From Paenibacillaceae bacterium (GTDB lineage: Bacteria; Bacillota; Bacilli; Paenibacillales; NBRC-103111), in the NCBI GenBank assembly GCA_040904685.1, contig JBBDSZ010000051.1:37695-101694 (forward strand): a stretch of DNA of 64,000 nucleotides, written 5' to 3'. The notes under the pieces were generated by a model, which searched no databases, was not told the DNA's origin, and worked only from the letters and a program-made list of their open reading frames with translations. Shown here piece after piece: positions 33,016 to 41,986 of the stretch (positions are counted from its first letter, which is position 1; every line of letters begins with the position of its first letter). Made by a program: the position numbers and the translations under genes.

Positions 33016-35286
33016 TTATATTTCCTGTCGTAATCTTTTGAAAATCATGGTAGCTTGCTTTAATTCATCGGGTGTTACGGATTTGCCACTATACTTGGCT
33101 TTCTCAAAAAGAGACAAAATGGTTTCGAACTCTTTTTTCAGCCAGCCTTTACGATCACTTAAACGTATGAACATTTCTCTTGCTGTTTCGTATTCTTCTG
33201 TAGAGATTCCTTTACGACGCAGAAAACGTAATAAACGACTAAATTCATGCACCACTTGATCATTTGAATTATTAGCCTTTCGTTGCTTACGAAGCTGGAC
33301 AATACTGAAACGACGATACCATTTCTTGATCCTCGTACGCAGCAGCATATAAGTTAATCCCAATACAATCACCAAACCACCGAATGCGAGCACAATATCA
33401 CGTAAACCAAGCGTTTGCTTATTCGAAGTTTCTGCCGCCAATGCAGGCGTTGCTTCAACATCAGGCACCGGAGCCTTCTCATTCTCTGGCAATACACGGG
33501 GAATTACATATCCAGAAGTAGCTTCGAATGGCAGCCATCCATATCCTTCAAAATAAACCTCTACCCAGGAGTGTGCGTTAGAATTGCGTACACTAAAGAC
33601 ATCGGCTCCATCGAAATCCGTTAATAATCCATCAGAAAGATAACCACGTTGTCTGACTTCATCCTGAGTTGAAGACCCTGCTGTATAACCTTTTACCCAG
33701 CGGGTTGGAACACCAATCGAGCGCGTCAATACGGCCATAGCTGTGGAAAAGTAATCACAATAGCCTTCTTTAATTTCAAACAGAAATCGATCTACAAAAT
33801 CCTTACTTGTACCTAGCTTTAAATTGGGTCGATTCGTATAAGGATAGGTGATCCGCAAATAATCCTCAATCGCTTTTACTTTATCGTATTGCGTTGTTGC
33901 TGTTGCAGTTATCGTGTTAGCTAGCTCTATAACGCGAGACGGAAGCGACTTGGGGAGCTCCAAATATTCGGATAATTCCGCTAAATTACCCGGTGGTGCA
34001 GTTATAGCTTCCAGCCCTTTTACATCTATAACAGGCACCTTTGAAACAAGTGTATAGGTTTCGGGAAATGCAATCGAATCGGCCCGTTTGACAACCTTCC
34101 AGCGTAGTTCATTCTCTTTAGAAACCCAATTCAGCATATTCGGCGACGGTTTTTCTCCGTTAATACTTACGATGTTGGATATGGAATAGGCTCCGAAAAG
34201 CACTGGATATTTCGTATTATTTTCAAATGTTACGGTTTGTTGCACATCCACTGTTTTTAATTTAGAAATATCGATCCGTGGATCATGAGGTAATGGATCA
34301 TCAGATAACGATCCGTGTACGATATAATCGCCGGTGTTTTCCTTCCAACCAGCACCTGTATAAACACTAAGCGTTTCACCGCGCCAGTAGCTGCGTTTAG
34401 AAGAATCGATCTTCATAACTAGTGAATAATCGAAATCAAACCCACCGCCTAAGATCTCGTCATTACGAGAATACCCCGATGAGCTGTTCCCCGTTGAAGC
34501 AGCTGCACTTGCTGAATAAGAACCGTTTTTTTTAATTACCTTTTCTACGACTTCACCCTTCCATGATTTATACAAGGTATAAGGGTCTGTCAATAAATTA
34601 CTTACATCGGGAGCAAGCGAGCCCAAAAGCATGGTTAACCCGAGAATCAAAACGACAGGCAAAACAAGCGCACCTGGGTATTCGGAGATATAAGCCCAGC
34701 TTGATGGATTCTTTCGTTTCAAGATGGCGAAATGATGGATAACCAATAAGCACAATCCACAAAAAATCATCATTGCGGCTTGACTCCAGAGGTAATTCAC
34801 GCTAAAAGAATCTCTTACAGCTATTGCCACGACACTCGCAAAAACCAGAAAACCAATCCGCCATTTTACTTTAACCCACCAGAATAGAAATAAGTAAGCT
34901 AACCAAGTCCCTAAGATAAACCAAACATAAGGATGAAGCTGTTGAAAGTTATCTCTCAAGAGATAAGCGAATTGCTGCAAAGAGTTGATTTTGAAACGGA
35001 TAAATTGATAATCAACAGCAAGCAAGTTGACGATTAGTACGCCAATAAATTGTAAGCTAAATCGCAGCCATAACCACATGCGCACAGGCAGCATAACAAC
35101 AAAAACAACTAAGATCGCATATACTGTGGATTGAACAGTTAACGGAAGCCAACCTCCCTCCTCTGCAGCAAACCAACGAATAAATTGCAAGATAAATAAA
35201 CCAACAAATAGCAGCGTTAAACGGCGCTCCCAATGTCTTATGAGGAAGCCCGATACCAAGAACAAGCGGCTTTTGAATGCTTTCAT
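33016..35286 (-). CDS. Multi-TM transglutaminase-like protein (YebA/TgpA-like)
   Basis: YWRGE, GYCDYFSTAM, AHSWVEVYF and WLPFEAT motifs. Confidence 0.9.
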   Translation of the reverse strand: MKAFKSRLFLVSGFLIRHWERRLTLLFVGLFILQFIRWFAAEEGGWLPLTVQSTVYAILVVFVVMLPVRMWLWLRFSLQFIGVLIVNLLAVDYQFIRFKINSLQQFAYLLRDNFQQLHPYVWFILGTWLAYLFLFWWVKVKWRIGFLVFASVVAIAVRDSFSVNYLWSQAAMMIFCGLCLLVIHHFAILKRKNPSSWAYISEYPGALVLPVVLILGLTMLLGSLAPDVSNLLTDPYTLYKSWKGEVVEKVIKKNGSYSASAAASTGNSSSGYSRNDEILGGGFDFDYSLVMKIDSSKRSYWRGETLSVYTGAGWKENTGDYIVHGSLSDDPLPHDPRIDISKLKTVDVQQTVTFENNTKYPVLFGAYSISNIVSINGEKPSPNMLNWVSKENELRWKVVKRADSIAFPETYTLVSKVPVIDVKGLEAITAPPGNLAELSEYLELPKSLPSRVIELANTITATATTQYDKVKAIEDYLRITYPYTNRPNLKLGTSKDFVDRFLFEIKEGYCDYFSTAMAVLTRSIGVPTRWVKGYTAGSSTQDEVRQRGYLSDGLLTDFDGADVFSVRNSNAHSWVEVYFEGYGWLPFEATSGYVIPRVLPENEKAPVPDVEATPALAAETSNKQTLGLRDIVLAFGGLVIVLGLTYMLLRTRIKKWYRRFSIVQLRKQRKANNSNDQVVHEFSRLLRFLRRKGISTEEYETAREMFIRLSDRKGWLKKEFETILSLFEKAKYSGKSVTPDELKQATMIFKRLRQEI

Positions 35287-36567
35287 TTAGCCTCGACCTC
35301 CCAACACTTGTGAAAGCTCGTCTAAGCTAGGCACATCATAGCCCAAATAACCTTTAATCCTAAGTTGTTTCAACCATTCTGCTTGTTTATCTGCCTGTTT
35401 AACTGCTTTTTCGTCTCGCACCCATATGTGGCAAGGGCTCATTTGACGTTGATTAATCCAAGCTAAAGCAGAAAACATAAATTCCCCTATTTGTGGAGAA
35501 ATGATGGCTACAAAGGTACCGGGGAGTAAGCTTTTCGTCCGTTCCTTCAGAACCTGATCCAATGAAAATTCCCCATCCGCTTCAACTACAACAAGATGAT
35601 TTAAGATTTGCATGTGCTGGCTCTGTCCATATTTGGGCTCAAAATATACAGAGTTGGCACCCGTGGAAAGCAAGCCGAAAGCCAAGTCACGTTTAGTCCC
35701 AAACTCAATCAACGAGGCTGTTATCGATACAGCAAGTTCAAATTGCTCTTGATTCGCGTAATGATGCTTCGCCCGATCCAAAATCACAATCGTTTTCGGC
35801 AAGGATTCGCGCTCGAATTCCTTGGATTTTAATGTCCCGGTTTTAGCAGTTGCATTCCAATGGATCCGAGATAAGCGATCGCCATAATTGTATTCACGCG
35901 CACCATTAATTTGCGTGGTTTCCCGCATCGCGCGAGCTGTTGAAGAATGATGATGCATGCCTTTAAGCATCTGCTGCAGCTTCTTCCATTCCCGAATTGT
36001 CGTTCGTAATGGAAGCACACTGAAGCTATGTTCCAATGCCAGTGTGCCTTTATGTTCAAAAAAACCAAATATATCCTCTGTAGAACAATCCGTATTCGTG
36101 AACGTATAAACTCCGCGACGTAGGGGCGGAGTTCGGTATTCCATCGTTCCATTTCGCTTCCAGTCAGGGATAAGCGAGGCTTCAAATACCTGTTCTCCGC
36201 CATTATGCCGTTGCAAATGATCTTTAATCAGCACATAAGGTACAGGCCAAAATCCAGGGATATTCAGCTTAATCTTAACCCCAAGTGTCGAACCTGCTTC
36301 CATGATCGATTCGTGACCGGAAGCAACCAAGGTACGCACTCCTTTACTTTTGCGAATACCACTCCACTGTCCGAGTCCCAAGTAAATGCATAATATACTT
36401 ACTATGGTAAAAACCATAAATGAAAGCTTGCCGCCTTGGAACAAGAGGAAAGATAAAGTGACGATAAAGCATGATAACACCAACCATGCGCGTTTTTTAA
36501 TCCCAAACAGCTCACGTTGCGGCGCGGGTATGTCTTGAAGCTCAATTCTTGGATAGAAATCATTCAT
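35287..36567 (-). CDS. DUF58 protein
   Basis: REYNYGDRLSRIHWNATAK motif; lies between MoxR and transglutaminase genes. Confidence 0.9.
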   Translation of the reverse strand: MNDFYPRIELQDIPAPQRELFGIKKRAWLVLSCFIVTLSFLLFQGGKLSFMVFTIVSILCIYLGLGQWSGIRKSKGVRTLVASGHESIMEAGSTLGVKIKLNIPGFWPVPYVLIKDHLQRHNGGEQVFEASLIPDWKRNGTMEYRTPPLRRGVYTFTNTDCSTEDIFGFFEHKGTLALEHSFSVLPLRTTIREWKKLQQMLKGMHHHSSTARAMRETTQINGAREYNYGDRLSRIHWNATAKTGTLKSKEFERESLPKTIVILDRAKHHYANQEQFELAVSITASLIEFGTKRDLAFGLLSTGANSVYFEPKYGQSQHMQILNHLVVVEADGEFSLDQVLKERTKSLLPGTFVAIISPQIGEFMFSALAWINQRQMSPCHIWVRDEKAVKQADKQAEWLKQLRIKGYLGYDVPSLDELSQVLGGRG

Positions 36568-36570
36568 CGT

Positions 36571-37530
36571 TTATCGCTCCATTCGAACGGGCACTCTAAC
36601 CTGCTTCATCACAGAATCCAACACAGAATGTATCGTTAAACCCTGCATACGTGCTTCCGATTGCAATAAAATTCGATGTCCGAGCACAAATGGCGCTAAA
36701 TATTTAATATCATCCGGAATCACGAAATCTCTGCCTTGAATCAAAGCATATGATTTAGCCGCTTGAACCAAAGCTAGTGTCGCTCTTGGACTAGCGCCGA
36801 GAAAGATAGATGTTGTTTCTCGTGTTTTCCGTGTTAATTGAACCGTGTATTCGACTACTGCATCATCGATATGGATTTCTTTTACTTTTTGCATTAAATG
36901 ATTGACTTGTTCAACCGTAACAACCGCTTCCAAGGCATCCAAAGGATTTGCAACGCTTTGTGTCAAAGCCATCTTATTCTCGGATGCTTCGTCTGGATAG
37001 CCCAAGCTAAATTGCATCATAAAACGGTCCAATTGTGCTTCTGGCAAGATATATGTCCCTTCAAAATCAATCGGATTCTGCGTTGCCATCAATAGAAACG
37101 GCTTCGGCAATTCGTAGCTTTCCCCGTCTACTGTCACAAAACGTTCTTCCATTGCTTCTAATAGTGCAGATTGCGTTTTGGTAGTGGCGCGGTTAATTTC
37201 ATCCGCTAATAAAATATTCGTCATGACCGGACCCGGTCGAAAGATAAAGGCTTCATTCTTTGGGTGGTAAATCGAAACACCTGTTATGTCCGAAGGGAGT
37301 AAATCAGGATTACATTGAATCCGGCGGAATTGTCCGTCTATTGATTTAGCCAAGGCTTTTATCAAATTTGTTTTCCCAGTTCCCGGGACATCTTCAAGAA
37401 GGACATGTCCGCCAGCAAAAAACGCGGTTAATAACAGCACAATCTCATCTTGTTTTCCTAATATACAATTTTCCAAGTTCGTTCTAAGCTGTTTAATCCG
37501 ATTTGAATCTTCGTTTATATGAGCCATCAT
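36571..37530 (-). CDS. MoxR-family AAA+ ATPase
   Basis: LLEDVPGTGKT, DEINRA, ATQNP and LPEAQLDRF motifs. Confidence 0.94.
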   Translation of the reverse strand: MMAHINEDSNRIKQLRTNLENCILGKQDEIVLLLTAFFAGGHVLLEDVPGTGKTNLIKALAKSIDGQFRRIQCNPDLLPSDITGVSIYHPKNEAFIFRPGPVMTNILLADEINRATTKTQSALLEAMEERFVTVDGESYELPKPFLLMATQNPIDFEGTYILPEAQLDRFMMQFSLGYPDEASENKMALTQSVANPLDALEAVVTVEQVNHLMQKVKEIHIDDAVVEYTVQLTRKTRETTSIFLGASPRATLALVQAAKSYALIQGRDFVIPDDIKYLAPFVLGHRILLQSEARMQGLTIHSVLDSVMKQVRVPVRMER

Positions 37531-37733
37531 GTCACTTCCTTTTGAGTTTTTAGGAGAATTGCCGCTACGATTAAACCATTTTCTTTCTTCATTCATATTT
37601 TACAGGAAATAGGGGTAGAAATATAGTTACGTTTCAATTACAGAGAGCCTCCTAAGATAGTAAACGTTTGTATCTCAATAAAAGTTTCAACAGTTAAGTG
37701 ATAGCAAAAAAAACGCTCCTGCTTACTGAGCGT

Positions 37734-37766
37734 CTACTACTACTACTACTACTACTGCTGCTGCTG
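37734..37766. repeat. Compound trinucleotide microsatellite (CTA)7(CTG)4
   Basis: Read directly from the sequence, just downstream of spoVAE. Confidence 0.9.
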
Positions 37767-37784
37767 CTTTTTAAATTTCCAAAT

Positions 37785-38153
37785 TCAACCTTTCGGCTTG
37801 AAAACCAATGCAGCTAAAAATGAAAAAATGATTGTAGCCGAAATACCTGCGCTTGTTACTTCAAAGATCCCCGTGATAATCCCGATCCAGCCGTCTCGTT
37901 CCAATTCAGCAACAGCACCATGGACCAAGGCATTGCCAAAGCTGGTGATCGGAACCGTTGCTCCGGCTCCTGCAAAGCGGATCAAGGGATCATACCAGCC
38001 CAATCCATCCACGATGGCGCCTATGACAACGAGGGCACTCATGGTATGCGCCGGGGTCAGCTTGCCTACATCCATCATGAGCTGTCCGAGAACACAGATG
38101 GCTCCACCAACGATAAAAGCCCACACAAAAGGTAGGATATCATCCATAATCAA
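37785..38153 (-). CDS. spoVAE: Stage V sporulation protein AE (AEb type)
   Basis: [13 protein letters not shown] and [14 protein letters not shown] motifs. Confidence 0.92.
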   Translation of the reverse strand: MIMDDILPFVWAFIVGGAICVLGQLMMDVGKLTPAHTMSALVVIGAIVDGLGWYDPLIRFAGAGATVPITSFGNALVHGAVAELERDGWIGIITGIFEVTSAGISATIIFSFLAALVFKPKG

Positions 38154-39166
38154 ATCTCTCCTTCCTGTTCAATAGCAACTGCGTGAGCAATACAGGGGAT
38201 GCTTTCCCCTTGTTGAAATGACAATGGCGATAGAAGAGCGCCAGTTGCTACGATAAGTATTCGTTTCAACTCGCCTTTTTGCATTCTTTTGATCAGATGC
38301 CCATAGGTTACCGTAGCGGAGCAACCACAACCACTGCCCCCGGATTGAACAGACTGTTTAGCCAAATCATAAATCATTAAGCCGCAATCCGTATATTGAG
38401 CCGGATCGATTTTCACTTTGTGCTTGAGAAACAAAGCCTGGAGGATTTCACTGCCTACCTTTGCCAAATCTCCAGTGACGATGAGATCATAATAAGAACC
38501 ATCACATTGAAAATCTCGGAAATGCGCTTCAATTGTATCGAGTGCAGCCGGAGCCATGGCAGCTCCCATATTAAATGGGTCTTTAATCCCCATGTCAATG
38601 ACACGCCCCATCGTAGCACGTGTAATAACGGGGCCCTTCCCACGTTTAGCAACGATTGCCGCACCTGCCCCAGTCACAGTAAATTGTGCAGTAGGCGGCT
38701 TTTGCGAGCCATATTCCGTTGGATAACGAAATTGCTTCTCCGCCGTGCAATTATGACTGCAAGTACCTGCCATTGTATAAAATGCATTCCCTGAATCTAC
38801 AAGCAACGCGGCGATTGCCAAGCTTTCCATCGAGGTCGAGCAAGCACCAAACACGCCTATATAAGGAATAGCCAATGTTCGGGCAGCAAAGCTGTTGCTG
38901 ATGATTTGATTCATTAAATCGCCGCCAATATAGAACTGAATTTTCTCAGGAGTAAAATTCGCCTTCTCTATAGCAAGCTTGGCGGCTTCCTCCATTAATT
39001 TCTTTTCCGACTTTTCCCAAGAAGATTCTCCCATGGTGAGATCACCGTGTACCAAATCGAATTCATCGCCAAGTGGACCTTTGCCTTCCTCCGGTCCTAC
39101 AATAGTCGCTGTTGCTACAAGCACAGGTCGATTCTTAAAGAGCCAGCTTTGATGTCCTTGCAGCAT
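38150..39166 (-). CDS. spoVAD: Stage V sporulation protein AD
   Basis: [23 protein letters not shown] and GGSGCGC motifs. Confidence 0.96.
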   Translation of the reverse strand: MLQGHQSWLFKNRPVLVATATIVGPEEGKGPLGDEFDLVHGDLTMGESSWEKSEKKLMEEAAKLAIEKANFTPEKIQFYIGGDLMNQIISNSFAARTLAIPYIGVFGACSTSMESLAIAALLVDSGNAFYTMAGTCSHNCTAEKQFRYPTEYGSQKPPTAQFTVTGAGAAIVAKRGKGPVITRATMGRVIDMGIKDPFNMGAAMAPAALDTIEAHFRDFQCDGSYYDLIVTGDLAKVGSEILQALFLKHKVKIDPAQYTDCGLMIYDLAKQSVQSGGSGCGCSATVTYGHLIKRMQKGELKRILIVATGALLSPLSFQQGESIPCIAHAVAIEQEGEI

Positions 39167-39167
39167 A

Positions 39168-39647
39168 TCATTGCCCTCCCCCATGAAAAATCAAGCTAAT
39201 CAGCCCAATAATAAAGGCAGCAACTGTTCCGAATACAATGACGGAACCAGCCAATTTGAACATATTTCCCCCTACACCAAGCACAAACCCCTCACTGCGA
39301 TGCTCCAAGGCCGCCGAGCACATGGAATTGGCAAAGCCCGTAACCGGTACAGCCGAACCGGCTCCCGCCCATTGTGAAATTCGGTCATAAACACCCAGGA
39401 CGGTTAAAATAACGGCAACTAAAATCAGTACCGCGACGGTAGGATTGCCCGCTGTTTGCTTCGTAAAGTGAAAGGTATGCATAAACATTAACGATAAGCC
39501 TTGTCCAATTAAGCAAATGAACCCTCCGGCGAGAAAAGCACGCAAGCAATTTTGCAGAACAGGCCGTCTGGGTTCGATCGTCTTTGCTAAAGTCTGGTAT
39601 TCTTGCTGGGTAAGAGTCAGCTTTTTTTTCAATTTATTGGCCATCAT
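39168..39647 (-). CDS. spoVAC: Stage V sporulation protein AC
   Basis: AGAGSAVPVTGFANS and GVGGNMFKLAGSVIVFG motifs. Confidence 0.95.
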   Translation of the reverse strand: MMANKLKKKLTLTQQEYQTLAKTIEPRRPVLQNCLRAFLAGGFICLIGQGLSLMFMHTFHFTKQTAGNPTVAVLILVAVILTVLGVYDRISQWAGAGSAVPVTGFANSMCSAALEHRSEGFVLGVGGNMFKLAGSVIVFGTVAAFIIGLISLIFHGGGQ

Positions 39648-39657
39648 GACCTCCTTC

Positions 39658-40518
39658 TTAACGCTTCAATAATGGAGTTAAGTTATGAATGATTTTTCTC
39701 ATCTCGGTAACCTGTGTCGCATACATTTTTCGTGCAGTCAGATTCTTGGTTGCTAAACCAAACAGCTCTAGATCTGCTGCGCACTTCTTCAAAGTGGCCC
39801 ATAATATAGCTCTATTCTGAGGCGGTGGTACCTTCAATTGATCGTCGAATAAATCCAAATAAAGCTCTCCAAAAGCGTCAACCTGCCCGAGAAATACATT
39901 TTCGATAGCAACACCTTGTTTGTTTAGCTCTGTCTTTAACCACTCTCTACTCATCCCGATTGTTGCTAATGGCTCATCCATAATTTCTCCATCGTTGATC
40001 ACCATTTGCGGTTCAGGCTGTGGTGCAACCTTGATTCCAAGGTTTTTAGGCGTGATCGGCAAATTTTCCTTTTTCACTAGCACACTTAAATCACCATTTG
40101 TCTCCAAAAGTGCAAATTCCACATCGGCTAGATTAAACACATTCTTTTTGCGCAACGATTCCATTAATTCTTGGCCTGTGTACTTTTCCTTTTTCAGATT
40201 ATCCTCCATCACTTTGCCGTCTTTAATCATGACAGTCCCTTTCCCTTCAAACCAATGGCGCAAGGTGATGCTTTTCATCGTGACTATCTCGAACAGATAT
40301 GCAGCAGCAAACCAAGTTACTAAAGCAACAATACCATGCATATAGTTGGCCTCAATATCCGTTGACATAAATCCAGCCAGCCCACCTAACGTAATCCCAA
40401 TAATATATTCAAAAAAAGTTAGCTGAGATATCTGCTTTTTGCCTAGAATCCGAGCAATGAGAAACAGCATGACAATAGCCCCAAGCGAACGAAAAAATAT
40501 ATGGCTCCAATCCAGCAC
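39658..40518 (-). CDS. DUF421 (YetF-like) membrane protein with a DUF1657-like C-terminus
   Basis: LGKKQISQLTFFEYI and LETNGDLSV motifs; C-terminal LKKCAADLELFGLATKN resembles the adjacent DUF1657 protein. Confidence 0.85.
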   Translation of the reverse strand: MLDWSHIFFRSLGAIVMLFLIARILGKKQISQLTFFEYIIGITLGGLAGFMSTDIEANYMHGIVALVTWFAAAYLFEIVTMKSITLRHWFEGKGTVMIKDGKVMEDNLKKEKYTGQELMESLRKKNVFNLADVEFALLETNGDLSVLVKKENLPITPKNLGIKVAPQPEPQMVINDGEIMDEPLATIGMSREWLKTELNKQGVAIENVFLGQVDAFGELYLDLFDDQLKVPPPQNRAILWATLKKCAADLELFGLATKNLTARKMYATQVTEMRKIIHNLTPLLKR

Positions 40519-40676
40519 TTTGCCCCACCCCTCTTTCTAAATGCACATTAAAAATTATTCGCCATTCCTTGAAATTGTATTCTTCCATCGGAAAGATCAT
40601 TTACCCTGCATGGTTTTCAGAACTTAAGTACATATTAAAAAGGCAAGTAAAAGTACATTTTAGGAGGAAAATATTC

Positions 40677-40883
40677 ATGACTGTTTCAGCACAGGTCAAA
40701 ACTTGTTTAGCGTCTTTAAAGAGCGCGCAAGCTAGTTTAGAGCAATTTGCCATTAATACGCAAAATCAGCAAGCAAAAACGATGTTTGAGAATGCCTCGA
40801 AATCTACGCAGCAAATCGTCGATACTGTAAGCTCACGTGTCGGTGAGTTGGAAAACGAAGAGCCGCAATATAAAGGATTTTAG
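40677..40883 (+). CDS. DUF1657 small spore protein
   Basis: MTVSAQVKTCLASLKSAQASLEQFA...EEPQYKGF; AGGAGG RBS. Confidence 0.88.
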   Translation: MTVSAQVKTCLASLKSAQASLEQFAINTQNQQAKTMFENASKSTQQIVDTVSSRVGELENEEPQYKGF

Positions 40884-40949
40884 CTAAAGATAAGCACAAA
40901 ACAGCCGTGACTGTCGAGATCACGGCTGTTTCTGCGAGAAGATTATGCT

Positions 40950-41024
40950 TTAAATGATCAATAAAAGGACGACCAACAGAATAAACAAAATAAGAATCAG
41001 AACGAAATCAAGATGTTGACTCAT
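40950..41024 (-). CDS. 24-aa hydrophobic microprotein, YjcZ/SscA-like sporulation peptide
   Basis: MSQHLDFVLILILFILLVVLLLII*; GGAG RBS; below the ORF-track size cutoff. Confidence 0.6.
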   Translation of the reverse strand: MSQHLDFVLILILFILLVVLLLII

Positions 41025-41156
41025 CGGCAAGTCTCCGATCCATCGTTAGATAAAAGCAGAAAGCATACTTATACTATGCAATAGCTTAGCTGTTCGACGG
41101 GACAATTGCCTAGTTTGAATAAATTAACTTCATAATATTTATTCATTATTTCCCCC

Positions 41157-41195
41157 GTACAGGCACGGTCGCGCCTAAGCCCACATACACTTAAA
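41157..41195 (+). promoter_or_regulatory. SigE/SigK-type promoter of sigK
   Basis: GTACAGGCAC...CATACACT resembles the B. subtilis sigK promoter; GGACAA (SpoIIID-like) near 41100. Confidence 0.55.
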
Positions 41196-41220
41196 CAATA
41201 CAACATGGGGGTGTGCGGCT

Positions 41221-41922
41221 ATGCTTGGTTTTTTCTCGGCAATTGCGCTATTCATCAAGGAAATTATGCTCTTGGTTTCGTATGTGAAGAATAACGCATT
41301 TCCGCAACCTTTGACGGAAGTGGAGGAAGCAAAGCACCTGCAGCTGATGGCAGAAGGGAATCAGGTGTCACGAAACCTTTTGGTGGAGCACAATTTGCGC
41401 TTAGTAGCCCATATAGTAAAAAAATTCGACAATACTGGAGAAGATTTAGAAGACCTCATCTCGATTGGTACAATTGGTTTGATTAAGGCCATTGAGAGTT
41501 ACTCCCCCAACAAAGGCACCAAATTAGCAACATTTGCAGCCCGCTGTATTGAAAATGAGATCCTCATGCATCTACGTTCTCTCAAAAAATCGCGTAAAGA
41601 CGTATCATTGCATGACCCGATTGGTACAGATAAAGAAGGAAACGAAATCACTCTCATAGATATCCTGGGAACTGAAGCAGATGATGTAGCCGATAAAGTA
41701 CAGTTAAAAATTGAGAAAAGTAAAATATACCATCATTTAGATATTCTAGACCCGAGAGAGCAAGAAGTAATTCGAGGCAGATTTGGTTTGGAGCACGGCG
41801 GAGATGAACGAACTCAGCGTGAAATCGCCAAGGAACTTGGTATCTCCAGATCTTATGTTTCAAGAATCGAGAAACGCGCCTTAATGAAGCTATATCACGA
41901 ATTTTATAAAGTGAAGCGATAA
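41221..41922 (+). CDS. sigK: Pro-sigma-K, uninterrupted (no skin element)
   Basis: Pro-peptide then [12 protein letters not shown]; [13 protein letters not shown] and [14 protein letters not shown] motifs. Confidence 0.97.
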   Translation: MLGFFSAIALFIKEIMLLVSYVKNNAFPQPLTEVEEAKHLQLMAEGNQVSRNLLVEHNLRLVAHIVKKFDNTGEDLEDLISIGTIGLIKAIESYSPNKGTKLATFAARCIENEILMHLRSLKKSRKDVSLHDPIGTDKEGNEITLIDILGTEADDVADKVQLKIEKSKIYHHLDILDPREQEVIRGRFGLEHGGDERTQREIAKELGISRSYVSRIEKRALMKLYHEFYKVKR

Positions 41923-41986
41923 TATAAAGAAGAAATCAGTACTTGCACGTTGCCGAGTCGAAATATAGTCATGACCTCCATAGGCT

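Noticed and set aside
33016-37530. MoxR-DUF58-transglutaminase trio as a novel system
   Set aside because: Widespread, already recognised gene cluster (yeaC-yeaD-yebA type)
41221-41922. skin-like element interrupting sigK
   Set aside because: The ORF is continuous and full length, with no recombinase adjacent
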